Shown here: positions 38,826-52,172 of the stretch, in pieces
Position numbering within the stretch: the first letter of the stretch is position 1
How the letters are laid out: every line of letters begins with the position of its first letter
From: Octopus bimaculoides
Lineage: Eukaryota
Assembly: GCF_001194135.2 (NCBI RefSeq)
Contig: NC_068984.1
Coordinates: forward strand, 142,431,433-142,488,644
Length of the DNA: 57,212 bases
Reading direction: 5' to 3'
Translations under genes and position numbers: made by a program
Notes under the pieces: generated by a model
Databases searched by the model: none
Told to the model about the DNA's origin: nothing
Seen by the model: the letters and a program-made list of their open reading frames with translations, nothing else

Positions 38826-40182
38826 ACGCATTTTATTATATAGAATTATATTTATCTGAAAAAGATAAGATGTAGGATTGTAGCATGCAGCTTCAGATGT
38901 CAACAATGCATTTATATATATATACTACTTGCAAGCAATCCAAATTGTTATAAATGACAAATCTTCATGAGGATATAGAGTAAAAGAAGCATTGGTGTTT
39001 CCATTATTTTGTCAAACCCTTATGTACATAAATATATTAAGAGAAAGAATTTTTTCTTAAAGTTATTAACTGTCTTAAAAAAAATTGTTCAAAAAACAAA
39101 ATGTACACACTATAAAAAATATTCTTCCCCAAAGGCCTGAAACTTTCTGTTAAAAAAAAAAAATCTTTAAACATTGTGACTGCATCGAGTAGTTTTTGCT
39201 CAAACTTTTAAATGCATATGTGTTTAAATACATACAGACATTCATGCATACATACATGCATATANNNNNNNNNNNNNNNNNNNNNNNNNNNNNNNNNNNN
39301 NNNNNNNNNNNNNNNNNNNNNNNNNNNNNNNNNNNNNNNNNNNNNNNNNNNNNNNNNNNNNNNNNNNNNNNNNNNNNNNNNNNNNNNNNNNNNNNNNNNN
39401 NNNNNNNNNNNNNNNNNNNNNNNNNNNNNNNNNNNNNNNNNNNNNNNNNNNNNNNNNNNNNNNNNNNNNNNNNNNNNNNNNNNNNNNNNNNNNNNNNNNN
39501 NNNNNNNNNNNNNNNNNNNNNNNNNNNNNNNNNNNNNNNNNNNNNNNNNNNNNNNNNNNNNNNNNNNNNNNNNNNNNNNNNNNNNNNNNNNNNNNNNNNN
39601 NNNNNNNNNNNNNNNNNNNNNNNNNNNNNNNNNNNNNNNNNNNNNNNNNNNNNNNNNNNNNNNNNNNNNNNNNNNNNNNNNNNNNNNNNNNNNNNNNNNN
39701 NNNNNNNNNNNNNNNNNNNNNNNNNNNNNNNNNNNNNNNNNNNNNNNNNNNNNNNNNNNNNNNNNNNNNNNNNNNNNNNNNNNNNNNNNNNNNNNNNNNN
39801 NNNNNNNNNNNNNNNNNNNNNNNNNNNNNNNNNNNNNNNNNNNNNNNNNNNNNNNNNNNNNNNNNNNNNNNNNNNNNNNNNNNNNNNNNNNNNNNNNNNN
39901 NNNNNNNNNNNNNNNNNNNNNNNNNNNNNNNNNNNNNNNNNNNNNNNNNNNNNNNNNNNNNNNNNNNNNNNNNNNNNNNNNNNNNNNNNNNNNNNNNNNN
40001 NNNNNNNNNNNNNNNNNNNNNNNNNNNNNNNNNNNNNNNNNNNNNNNNNNNNNNNNNNNNNNNNNNNNNNNNNNNNNNNNNNNNNNNNNNNNNNNNNNNN
40101 NNNNNNNNNNNNNNNNNNNNNNNNNNNNNNNNNNNNNNNNNNNNNNNNNNNNNNNNNNNNNNNNNNNNNNNNNNNNNNNNNN

Positions 40183-40241
<59 letters not shown>

Positions 40242-40452
40242 GACACGTATGGATATAGGAAGGAATAGAAAATAGTGCATGTCGTGTCTAGAAGTTTCGA
40301 ATAGCTAGAAATGGTAGCTACCTGTTCCTCAAGTCATTCCGTCTACGTCCTTGTGAGAAGGCTATATGAATCCAAGGGATGTAGTTTTAGATATATTAAT
40401 GGTTGTCTGGGAGAAGAATGCTAACTTTCACAAATGGAATGAAATTGAGCAT

Positions 40453-40852
40453 AGGCGCAGGAGTAGCCGTGTTGTAAGTAGCTTCCTTATCAACCACATG
40501 GTTCTGGATTCAGTCCCACTGCGTGGCAACTTGGGCATCTACTCGGGCCGACCAAAGCCTTGTGAGTGGATTTGATAGACGGAAACTGAAAGAAGCCTGT
40601 CGTATGTATGTATATATATACATATGTATGTGTGTGTATATGTTTGTGTGTCTGTGTTTGTCCTCCCAAAATCGCTTGACAACCGATGCTGGTGTGTTTA
40701 CGTCCCCGTAACTTAGTGGTTCGGCAAGAGAGAGCGATAGAATAAGTACTAGGCTTACAAAGAATAAATCCTGTGGTTGATTTACTCGACTAAAGTTAGT
40801 GCTCCAGCATGGCCGCAGTCAAATGACTGAAATAAGTAAAAGAGTAAAAGAG
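40453..40852 (+). mobile_element. SINE family A, full-length reference copy
   Basis: tRNA-like head aggcgcaggagtagccgtgttgtaag with B-box-like ggattcagtccc, body, internal (TA/TG)n spacer at about 40602-40660, second module, and (AAAGAGT)n tail. Confidence 0.95.
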
Positions 40853-40939
40853 TATAGGCTTGGTTCGTCCGTACTGACATGATATTAAACCTTAATAACC
40901 ACCTATGGATACATAGTTGCATACAGTGATACATATGTA

Positions 40940-40957
40940 CTATCTATCTATCCTATC

Positions 40958-41025
<68 letters not shown>

Positions 41026-41035
41026 TTATCTATTG
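40940..41035. repeat. (TCTA)n microsatellite
   Basis: Direct reading. Confidence 0.95.
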
Positions 41036-41371
41036 ATGTATCTATTTATCAGCTATAATACCAATCCTGAGATCTAATACTTTCAACAACGATCTATTGT
41101 CTTCAGAATTGATGTTTCCACTACGTATCGTTCTGAAGATTTGTCTGTTAGTTCTCATTTCTGTATTCTTGTGTATATGAAAACACACACGCATATACAT
41201 ATCTTTTATATACGTTTGCATATGTATAATTCATATGTGTTAATATTGATGTGATGTCCGTTATATAACTAACAAGATTACGAAATATCTCTAAACGTAT
41301 AGAATAAAACTCAATGCTCTCAAATCGCATGCCTTGTCTCTTCTATTTCACTCCTCTCTCTCTCTTTTTCT

Positions 41372-41460
<89 letters not shown>

Positions 41461-42659
41461 TATGTGTGTGTGTGTATGTGTGCGTGGTATAATGTAACAA
41501 ACCTTTGCTAAATATTTTCATCTTCCTAACAAACAACGATACCTGATTCGATAGAATTTTCTTATTTGTTGGCCATCAGCCGTAATTACTAAACCTCTCA
41601 GTGCTTAACACATCTCTCATTAATCTTCATGACGCTTGATATCATAGAAACTATGTGTGGGAATATAATATTTATGATACACCACAACTCCACCTATATG
41701 AAATTATCATCATATCAACGTTACATAACCAAGAATGTCTCTATATCCTCTGGTGTGATTAGAAACATTAATACATAATTCAAGATTATTCTTTATTAGC
41801 TATATCACTTCGGTTTTACTCTTTGCATATAAAATTATCTGATTAGTGACGAAACACAAGTATATCTTAGTAAAACTTTTCAAACTGTTGAAATACAAAA
41901 ATCTTAGCTTTATTTAAAATCTTTCGAATAATGTAAGAATTTTTACCAAGGGACATGATAGTATCGTAATTAGGAAAGTGCATCATTGAAATAAGTATTT
42001 CGTTTAGTGTTCATAACAGTCTTTATCTGTTGAGTTGACACAAAAACGAAAGAGAAGACAGAAAACTGGACAATTTTATGCCGATTATCTATGCTGTAGT
42101 TTAACAGTGGTGCAGACACGTACTACTAAAATGTCGTCATGTATTTACTAATTGAATTGTTACACGGAATACAAAAAATCACTACTCTAACATCAATAGC
42201 ACTTACAAACTGGCCGAGATTCAAGTTTCATTCTCATGAGTTCAAGTCCTACTGTGAGCATGATATTTATAACGTTTAACCATTGCAATTTTTTCTATAT
42301 TCTTTGATTGCAAACAAGTTATTCTGTCAGCCCGTCAATTCTGTGTATACCTTTGCACTGAGCGTCTGTTTTTCCCCAGGATTCCTCCGTCTGTTCCGTG
42401 TCCAATCTTATCGATTTGTGTGTCCACAGACATCAGATCTTCATGAAAGGGTAACAGCATTTAACTCACTGCCTTTCCCCGTTTTTTTTTATTTAATTTC
42501 TTTTGCTATTTCAATACAGTTTATACGAAACTACCTTCTATCCGCAGCTCATTTTGACCAACCAGTCGAATTTTTCGTTCCGATAAATGAAATTCAATGT
42601 TATCAGACAAACTAAGTGGGTTAACGGTTTCTCCATTGACAGTAATAAAGAATGAATAT

Positions 42660-43100
42660 ATATTTAGACGTCCTGGGTAAGACTTTAAACTGCATCCACT
42701 TGTAGGGCTCTGGAACTCCTGCTCCAGGCCCCTACAACTCTCGAGGACTGTGGAACCACTTCTTAACCACTATGGTTCCCAGGTCGAATCTGGGTGGGTT
42801 AGCATGTCGACTAAACCCTGCCCTAGCTTGGTGAAATTCAGGACAGCGTGAAATCCAGAACAGAATACTTGGTGAAATCTAGAACAGCGTCTGTTCCGAG
42901 ATCACCCGGTTGTCTTGATCACGCAGCCTCTGCGTCCGTCTGACGTTCGGAGGCAAGTTGCGTGTCTTGTTCTGCTATTAGCTACAGCAGAACAAAGCCA
43001 AGTAAACTGGCTGTAAATGCGTGACACGACAACGTGGACACAGCAGCTCGCTGAAGCTTGTCTCCGACCGCCATTGCACTAGTCACCGATAAGTCAAGTT
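42660..43100 (+). mobile_element. probable 5' region (UTR and APE N-terminus) of an RTE-type LINE
   Basis: Locally GC-rich; KLA.NA*HDNVDTAAR*S resembles ELARYNIDIAALSE. Weak, by eye only. Confidence 0.35.
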
Positions 43101-43329
43101 GTGTGGTGAAGGAAACAAATCTTTGAACAGATTTAGATTCATCTCCACTTCGCTCAATGTAATTTTGGAAACAGAAGTAATTAGATCACCGTTTGTGTCG
43201 AAGATAATTTTGATATTTCCTGAAGTGAATTACTTGTTCATAGAATCAGTGTAAGTGGTTGAGTATTCCGAGTACCATTACCGTAATTAACAACCTATAT
43301 CAGCGTGGCACAGTGTGAACGAAGTTATA

Positions 43330-43524
43330 CTTCTGAATTACAGGTTCCAATCGGTTCTATATTTAAGAGATGAGGAATTATGTACATTATTTACATTATT
43401 TACATTTGACGGATATTTGTCCTCATCTTGTTTGCTGTTAACACAACGTTTCGGCTGATGTACACTCCAGCCTTCATCAGGTGTCTTGGGCAAATTTCGA
43501 AACTGGGTTCTCAGTCCTAAGGTA
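43330..43524 (-). mobile_element. hammerhead-bearing repeat (probable Penelope-type terminal repeat) next to (ATT)n
   Basis: Contains the fold at 43440-43485 and a short (aaataatgt)n tract, and abuts (ATT)n at 43525-43583. Confidence 0.6.
43440..43485 (-). ncRNA. minimal type I hammerhead ribozyme, canonical CUGAUGA/GAAA core, GUU site
   Basis: Minus RNA GACAC-CUGAUGA-A-GGCUG(GAGUGUACAU)CAGCC-GAA-ACGU-U-GUGUU: stem I 5 bp, stem II 5 bp, palindromic stem III. Confidence 0.8.
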
Positions 43525-43582
<58 letters not shown>

Positions 43583-43724
43583 GTTACAATTTCAATGAAG
43601 CGCAATAAGTCTCGTTTCAGCCAAACGGTGTCTGTCCAGTTGTGTCATCGACGGTACAGATAACTATTTCTGATTTAGATTCATAAGCAGCAACGTTAGA
43701 AGTAGATTAGTTGATTAAATTCAC

Positions 43725-43872
43725 AGCAACCTTTGACTCTACTTCATTTTAGCGAGACTGAAGCAATGAAAATAAATTACAACTTTAGTGGGATTTCAGT
43801 TCAGAACGTAAAGAGCTGAAAGAAATACCGCAAGACATTTTTTCCTATATTCTATTGATTCTACCAGCTCTT
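43725..43872 (-). mobile_element. SINE family E, diverged
   Basis: gggatttcagttcagaacgtaaagagctgaaagaaataccgc...gattctaccagctc aligns with 4540-4637. Confidence 0.55.
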
Positions 43873-44161
43873 TGACTAGATTGGCGGTTATAACACCAAT
43901 ATTGTTTTGAAGCAAAGCTAGATATATTTTCTGAGGCAGAGTAGTTGAAACAATGATCGATGTAGTCTAACCTTACAAGTTGAATTGCAGATCAATCGAG
44001 CCTTCAGCTGAATAATTAAGCCTTCCTCATTAATTAAGATGATCTACAACATTTAATTGATTCATTAGGTTTCGTGACATTCAATAATGTGTCTATATAT
44101 TCTAGGAGATATTAAATCATTTGGAAAAGGCACAGATAGGAAACAAAGTATCATTAAATGA

Positions 44162-44212
<51 letters not shown>

Positions 44213-44213
44213 A

Positions 44214-44247
<34 letters not shown>

Positions 44248-44730
44248 TAATAGGTAAGTACGATCCAGAGAGCCAAGCGTAGAAACTTAGGAAGCTTTGA
44301 GTATTGATACAGCTACAACAGATGATAAAAGCTGGACAATATACGATAGAAGAAGTTTATTACCCTCGTAAGTCTAGTCGGGTAACAGTAACGCAAACAG
44401 AAATGAGCAACGCTGACTTGTAAACATTTGGTATGCTTTGTAGTGTATTAAAATACGAAAATGAAATGCTGTATACTTGATAGCAATTATTATTTGGATA
44501 TTAGTTACCAGGTATGTGTTTAATATTTAAATTCGTCCAAGCAATGGTATTACACCGCTAAACTTTGGGAAGTTAAGTAATGTGTGCATGGATAGTTTAT
44601 GACCTGGTTGTGGTGCCGATCAAACTGCAATAATACTTGAAATCCGCATATACACACATTACTAGTTTTTTCTATCTTCGATCACATTGTTTATTTAGAA
44701 GCATTCGTATGCAAAGTATCGTAACTTCTA

Positions 44731-44862
44731 GTGTCTTCTGCTGTAGCCTCGGGTCGACCAAAGCCGTGTGAGTGGATTTGGTAGACGGAAACTGAAAGAA
44801 GCCGTCGCATATATATATATAATAATAATAATAACATATATATATTTGTGTGTCTGTGTTTG
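44731..44862 (+). mobile_element. SINE family A, internal fragment
   Basis: gtgtcttctgctgtagcctcgggtcgaccaaagcc...gacggaaactgaaagaagccgtcg. Confidence 0.85.
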
Positions 44863-45584
44863 GGTTACGTTCCAATGCACCAGTTTAAGGAAAAAATGAG
44901 GTACCATTAGACTAGACTAGACGTACCAGCAACATCTGTGGATTAGCAGAACGGTAAGAATATCGAACTGAATACCTTACAGTATTTCATACATTCTGCT
45001 TTCAAATCAAGACATAGCCTTTTTGAGTGCTAGAATTATCAGTTCCCTGGATGAGCATCACCGCCCGGTGTCATTTGGGAATTTAGCGGAATCTAGTCTA
45101 TTACAACTATTCGATTCAGGTCACGGCTTGAGAATAACATTATTTCATCCACTGGTCTTAGAAGCTTTGTAAATGCTCACGGAAGGTGCCTTATGCCCTA
45201 AATATACAGTAAAAGAAGGCATACAATACATTTACCATACTTAAATATCTTGCTCTTAGCTTTAAAAATGGCGGCTCTATGTGGTATGTCGAACTGGTAG
45301 ACGTACCAGCAAAATATTCTTAAACATCGCACTATTGATTAAAACAGGACAAGAATATTGGTCAATGTAGTAATAGATATATTAAGGAAAAAAATAACGG
45401 ATGTTCACGGCTGGAATGTCTTTGATCTTAGGCTTGCTCAAACATTGCCTCCCTGGGGCTAAAAAACAATGCAACCTGACAGATTTAGCGTAAACATTTT
45501 ATAGCCAACCGAAAACATCTAATGCGAATGGTTGCTTTATATCTTTATATTTATATTTTAAATGTTTTAATAACTGATTTCATA

Positions 45585-45614
45585 TTATTATTATTATTAT
45601 TATTATTATTATCA

Positions 45615-45672
<58 letters not shown>
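45585..45672. repeat. (ATT)n microsatellite
   Basis: Direct reading. Confidence 0.95.
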
Positions 45673-46549
45673 GTTCTATATCCGATTTTATATAAAGTTG
45701 ACATATTCACAGCAACCTTTGCATTGCGGTTTTCAATTTAGATCGACCATAGAAAATCTCAAAGCCACTCCTACAGGAATTGTACAAACTCTTCATACTT
45801 TAGAAACCATTGAAGAATGGACAGAGATAAAGTGCACACAGAGAAACAGACCTACATATGCGCGCGCACAGAGGCGCACATACACACATACATACATACT
45901 CATGCATACATAGATACATACATTCATGCATACCTACATATATGCACAGATAGAGACTCTTTACATGTATGTATGTATGTATGTATCTATGTAGATATAT
46001 ACACAGCACAATCGATAAAAGCTGAAAGATAGAAGAACGGAAGTGACCAAAGAAATAAATGAAACTGGAAGCGGGCGGAGTTACTATAAGCGATGCTATG
46101 GCTTGACATTTCCTCTGGCAGACGGACGGCCTGGTTTTAGTGATTCTCCGCTTTATTTCCATTCTAACTCTCCTATAATTCCTATTTAGACAAAATAAAT
46201 TTCAGTAAACTAATAAAAGATTTTACTTGTACTAACTAAGTGTGTCAGATCAAAATTAAGGTTTGGTCAGTCATACAAAATTGCTTAGCTTCATTTGTTT
46301 AACTCCATTTAAAATAGCATTATGTAAATGTGGAGGTGGAGGTGTGTGTGTGCGCATGACTGTGTATGTGTGCATAAATATAGAGAGTGAGAAAGTGGAG
46401 AGAAAGAGAGAGGTGTACGTTTAGTGTTCTTGTTGTGTGTATAAATATCTATATAAGTGAACACACAGACTTAAATACACAGTTAAATCCTTTCTTATTC
46501 TTGCACACAACCAACAGTTTTGAGAAAAGTGTGTTTGGGTGTGGGGGGT

Positions 46550-46712
46550 TCAGATACTCCTACATCAGTGCTCCACTGGTACTTGTTGCATCGACCCCGA
46601 AAAGTTGAAAGACAAAGTTGATATCGGCGGTATTTGAACGCAAAATATAAACCGGAGGCAGAAATATCTTTAAAGACTTTTTGTCGGGAGTGCAAACGCC
46701 TCTGCCAACACA
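46550..46712 (-). mobile_element. SINE family E, diverged
   Basis: cagtgctccactggtacttgttgcatcgaccccgaaaagttgaaagacaaagttgatatcggcggtatttgaac. Confidence 0.7.
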
Positions 46713-46979
46713 TAGCCTTTCGCACTCCATAAATAAATTAATAGATAAATAGAAAATAAATAAAACGTACAATTTACAATCGACAGAAAAAAATACTCAC
46801 TCTAAGATGTATGTATCCCTTCATGATGCATTCCGTTGCTATTGAGAGTTTCACGATAAATGCACCTAAGAGCCAGACAAAGACTACAGAAAGCAAACTG
46901 GGAAGAAAATCTGTGCTTTCTAGGAATATTAACGGAAGTGAAAAATAGTGAGCTTCCATATTGTTATACAATGTTGATG

Positions 46980-47900
46980 TTTTAGAAACGTAGATCATTG
47001 TAAAATGCCCGTTGAGTATTTATGAACCCAAATTTAGACACAAATGGAAGTTGATCTAACGTAGTGGTAGATGGTATATGCCAAATTTTAACCCTCCTCA
47101 TTTTTCTTTTAAACTCATCACCCGAATCAGCGTAGCAATTTGCGTGCTTTGTTTTTGTTTTTTTGTTGTTTTTTTTCGTGTCACGAGAAACGATAAAGCA
47201 CACCCTGTTTGTGACATTGAAGCTTCCCAGCTATTGAAAATGGTTGAGTGTTTCATGCTGGAAATTTCATCTGGTGGAGACGTTTCGTCCCTGTTCTAGA
47301 AACCGAAACATACTCAAAAAGCAGGAGTCATCAGAATGGTTATTGCAATGAAACCTCAGCAATTTGATAAGAACCTTAATCGAGCAATCCCGAGGTGGAG
47401 TTTAATACCAAATGTTTCATGCAGATGGTCATCTGATACATGTTATATATGCTGAAGAGAAGGTTGAACAACCAGACCAAGGAGAAATGTGCGAACATAT
47501 GATCTTGAAGGTTATGTGGTTTCCTGGATATTCTGATTTGAACCGTTGGATTGTTGCAACTTCCGAATCGAATGGCGTTTGCATGTTACCAAGGATTTGT
47601 TGATAGCTTCAACTAATACCAGAGTGAACAGCACAAAATAGGGTCCACCTGATTCTGGTTTGTAGTTACCAACGTGACCGCCACGAGGAATGTAAGTGCG
47701 GTTTTATGAACGCCCTGTGTCCTTCATTTATCTAGAAGTAAGTGAGTGTCTTTTTTATGGGAATTTATTGTCTTTTCTAGGTTCGGCACTTGCCTTGTTG
47801 TGCCTTGATCAAGGACGCCTTCATTAGAGGTTGCCCCAGTTCCCTCAACTGAAAATGTGTTCTGTCAAGTTTAATTCGGCGCTCCATTCAGATTATTGTA
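46980..47900 (-). mobile_element. highly decayed RTE-type LINE reverse-transcriptase fragment
   Basis: LIKAQQGKCR (cf. RQLQEKCRE), WLFNLLFSI (cf. PTLFNLFFS), SDDSCFL (cf. YADDCAL), LDQLPFVSKF (cf. LE.V..F.YLG); order is correct, with many disruptions. Confidence 0.55.
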
Positions 47901-48400
47901 CTCCAAGTTCTTTTAAACACAACGGAAAGGGAGATATCCTCCATTCTAATGGGCTTTGTAAATCCGGCACAAAAGAAAAATACAGCAACAAAACGTAACG
48001 CACGTTTCATACACTGTAGATCGCAAACAGGTGAACACAATGACGATACCAGAAAAAGAAAACCAACGACGAAGAGAGTCAGAGGTAACGGAGAGTATCT
48101 AATACACACACGTATATATATACACAGGTCTTAGTTTTCTTTGTATTATATACATAAAAGTCTATATAGGTAATTTTCAACTAACTTTAACCACGCATCA
48201 GATAGCCTTTCTTGGCAACCGTACCGCATACACCACAATGCTACAGAGTTATGATTGGTGGTCGAGGGAAACAACGCATAAACTTATGAAAACAAGATCG
48301 GGGTAATGTTAGTAATGGTTATAATCGCAGAGATAGAAATATTAATGAAGGCAGTAATATATTCATATACATATAGATATATACATATATACGCATAGGC

Positions 48401-48445
<45 letters not shown>

Positions 48446-49402
48446 GTGTGTACAGTGTATGATTTATGCATGCATGAGTGTGTTTGTGCATTTAAATAAG
48501 TATATATGTATGTGCGTATGTATATGTACATATTTATTACATATTCATACAAACGCTTATATATATNNNNNNNNNNNNNNNNNNNNNNNNNNNNNNNNNN
48601 NNNNNNNNNNNNNNNNNNNNNNNNNNNNNNNNNNNNNNNNNNNNNNNNNNNNNNNNNNNNNNNNNNNNNNNNNNNNNNNNNNNNNNNNNNNNNNNNNNNN
48701 NNNNNNNNNNNNNNNNNNNNNNNNNNNNNNNNNNNNNNNNNNNNNNNNNNNNNNNNNNNNNNNNNNNNNNNNNNNNNNNNNNNNNNNNNNNNNNNNNNNN
48801 NNNNNNNNNNNNNNNNNNNNNNNNNNNNNNNNNNNNNNNNNNNNNNNNNNNNNNNNNNNNNNNNNNNNTATATATATATATATATATTCATTCATTGATA
48901 TATACATGCATACATATATGCATAGAGATATATATATATATTTATACACATATTGAAAAGGCGATTGGCAACAAGAGATAAAATATATTTTCAGGCCAGC
49001 GACTCGGTTCTGTAGGAATTAGTTCTTTGTGATATTGATGCTACTTATCTTTAAATTCTTCCTCTTTATTCATCTTTCAAAATGTCTTTCTGTGGTTGAG
49101 ATAATTGGCCGTTAGCCTCACTCTGAATTTATCTTCTTGACATTTATATTAGGTTTGAAGATATCTCTGATTGTAAGATTAGGAGATAAGTCAGGTCAGA
49201 AGTTTCATACACACCTCCGAACTCTACTTATTGCTAATCATCTACGTGTGTATGGTCGAAAGTATATGTATGCCTGTATGTATGTATGTATGTATGTATG
49301 TATGTATGTATGTATGTATGTATGTATTTGTGTACTCATCTATGAGTGAACGTATGAATGTATCAAGGTATACATGGATGCTAGTGTGCATACACATGTC
49401 TA

Positions 49403-49435
<33 letters not shown>

Positions 49436-49757
49436 NNNNNNNNNNNNNNNNNNNNNNNNNNNNNNNNNNNNNNNNNNNNNNNNNNNNNNNNNNNNNNNNN
49501 NNNNNNNNNNNNNNNNNNNNNNNNNNNNNNNNNNNNNNNNNNNNNNNNNNNNNNNNNNNNNNNNNNNNNNNNNNNNNNNNNNNNNNNNNNNNNNNNNNNN
49601 NNNNNNNNNNNNNNNNNNNNNNNNNNNNNNNNNNNNNNNNNNNNNNNNNNNNNNNNNNNNNNNNNNNNNNNNNNNNNNNNNNNNNNNNNNNNNNNNNNNN
49701 NNNNNNNNNNNNNNNNNNNNNNNNNNNNNNNNNNNTATATATATATATATATTTATA

Positions 49758-49788
<31 letters not shown>

Positions 49789-50164
49789 ACATATATATAT
49801 GTGTGTGTGCGTGCATTTATGTGCGTGTGTGCGTGTGTGTGGAAGCATGGTGGTCTTTTATCAGAGTTATACATTATTTTGTATGACACCAATTATGTGT
49901 CTATAGACGCATACATGTTTATGATGGTATGTACAAATTCCGTGTCTATAAAAATCTTGCATACCTATAAGCACATATATAACTTTTTGTCGATGAATTA
50001 AGAAATTTGAAAATGTCTCGTTTTGAGATAGATAAATGCAAATGAAGATAGCAATCAATAAATAAGAGTTCGTAACTTATTTATTGAAGAGTATACACGA
50101 CCGAGATATTTTATGAGCCGTCCTTCATTTTCAACCGAGCTTATTTTATTAACAACATGTGTGC

Positions 50165-50230
<66 letters not shown>

Positions 50231-50235
50231 GTCTT

Positions 50236-50273
<38 letters not shown>

Positions 50274-50319
50274 CATCTATCTATCTCTCTATCTCTCTAT
50301 CTATCTATCTATCTATCTA

Positions 50320-50365
<46 letters not shown>
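50165..50365. repeat. (TCTA)n followed by (TA)n microsatellite
   Basis: Direct reading. Confidence 0.95.
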
Positions 50366-50369
<4 letters not shown>

Positions 50370-50632
50370 GCACTACGTCGGTTACGACGACGAGGGTTCT
50401 AGTTGATCCGATCAACGGAACAGCCTGCTCGTGAAATTAACGTCCAAGTGGTTGAGATTCAACGTGAGACATAGCGTGACAATGCTTGCCCTTTGAAATA
50501 TAGGTGTAACTTATTTTTGCCAGCTGTGTGGACTGGAACAACGTGAAATAAAGTGTCTTGCTCAAGGACACAACGTGTTGCCGGGAATTGAACTCACGAA
50601 CTTACGTTCGTGAGCCGAATGCCCTAACCACT
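50366..50632 (-). mobile_element. SINE, head X (CORE-like) + tail Q
   Basis: tgtggcactacgtcggttacgac...gatccgatcaacggaacagcctgctcgtg joined to tttttgccagctgtgtggactggaacaacgtgaaataaagtgtcttgctcaaggacacaac. Confidence 0.88.
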
Positions 50633-50649
50633 GTGTGTGTGTGTACTTT

Positions 50650-50750
50650 CTACCCCCATCAATTGACAACCGATGCTGGTGTGTTTACGTCCCCGCAAAT
50701 TGGCGGTTGGCAAAAGAGACCGATAGAATAAGTACTAGGCCTACAAAGAA
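50650..50750 (+). mobile_element. SINE family A, 3' module fragment
   Basis: ttgacaaccgatgctggtgtgtttacgtcccc...gagaccgatagaataagtactaggc. Confidence 0.85.
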
Positions 50751-51595
50751 CTAGCAGGTGCACCCGGCGTTGGCCGCTGCTATTTGCTTAGTGTGCCTGA
50801 TCAACGTAGTCTCACACGAAGTAAAGATGAAGAAACTGTGGTGAGGCAGCGTCGTGCGGCTGCAGGAAACCAATTCTATGGTAAATAAGCCCCTGCACTT
50901 TAAAGGAAGACATGAAATGCCCATTTCGTATGATGTTGGCGCCGAAGGAAGTCATTTAGAACGCGCAGTTGTAGGCACGTACCCGCTTGAGAAAGTCACG
51001 GGAATAAAGAGACACCCTTGTCAAAACATCAGTCATCAGGAGTGGAGAATCTTGTAGAACAGGTACTGTACTCTTACCGTTGGAGCAGAGAGTTTCCGCA
51101 GGCCACTTTTTAACCCCGCAAAATCGGCAAATTTTGGACATGCAGCCTATTTGAACGTCAGAGTGATTACTGTAATCAATTGTAGGATCATAGTTGAATG
51201 CTGTCATTCGCTGAGTAGTAGTCTCCAGTCGTTGTTGTCTTTCCCCTGTAGTCTTCGTAGCGCGCAGCAGCAGCAAATACTGCAGCATCTCATGTAAGTC
51301 GAACTGCGCGTTGTGCTGCAGTCTCTGCAGTTCGTGCAGCAGCAGTAGAGGAAGCACTTCTTGTTCGGCGTGCTGAACGTTGCTCATTGTTCTGGGCGGC
51401 TCGTTGCGCGGCAATACGTGCTATCCAATCACAACACTGCTCTTCACTTTCCCTTCTTCGTGCTGAAGCCATCCTAAGTGCATTAAGAGAGTTCCTCCTG
51501 GCGGCACCCTCAGCAGATTCATTTGCACGCATACGTTTACTTTTCTTTGCAGCATTTGTTTGCCGACCTATATTGGATCATTTGCGTTGAGGCAT
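50750..51595 (-). mobile_element. Helitron RepHel N-terminal region (pseudogenised, 3'-truncated)
   Basis: MPQRK*SNIGR..., charged R..E..EQR repeats, AFNYDPTIDYS..VQIGCMSKICRFCGVKKWPAE..CSNGK..P.L, DFLKRVRAYNCAF*MTSFGA...FKVQGLIYHRIG...PQFLHLYF. The 5' non-coding part may extend to about 52090. Confidence 0.9.
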
Positions 51596-52087
51596 GGTGG
51601 AAAATTTATCAGTTTAAGCAATAGAAAAAGTCCTAAGGAAAAAGTGGTGAATGTATAACACCCAAAAACTAGTAAAATATAATTGGCAAAAATGTTAATC
51701 AAACAGACCGAATTAAGGATTTTTAATTTTGGTTAAGAGTTTTGAAGTGGCTAGTTTAAGTTGGAATAAGTATATGAAAAAGAGCGCTCACGTAGAAATA
51801 GAGGCAAATCGTAACTCGCAAATGTATACTGCTGGTAGTACTGTGCAAACAGTCGATAAGACCTCGCCACATCTGACAGAGTAAAGTATTGATTTTTTTC
51901 CAGCTGGGTGTATGTCACGTTTTTTCCACTGGCTCAAGCCAAATCATAGGCGAATTGAGCGTCGTCTATTAATGTTGGGGGTGCGGAATTTTGAGGAAGA
52001 AATTATAAAAAGCGTCCAAAGTCAAAGAGAGCGCACTTGACACATTTGGTGAAATTCGGTTGAAAATTGTAGGAGTAGAAGGCGTTA

Positions 52088-52091
52088 ACAC

Positions 52092-52170
<79 letters not shown>
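52088..52170. repeat. (CA)n microsatellite
   Basis: Direct reading. Confidence 0.95.

Positions 52171-52172
<2 letters not shown>

Noticed and set aside
41835-41870. CUGAUUA-GUGAC-GAAAC-ACAA-GUA motif
   Set aside because: Core mismatch, no room for stem II, and no stem I pairing.
47270-47335. Minus-strand CUGAUGA...GAAACGUC as a hammerhead
   Set aside because: Stem I cannot form and stem II is imperfect; the ctgatga coincides with the decayed YADD codons of the RT fragment.
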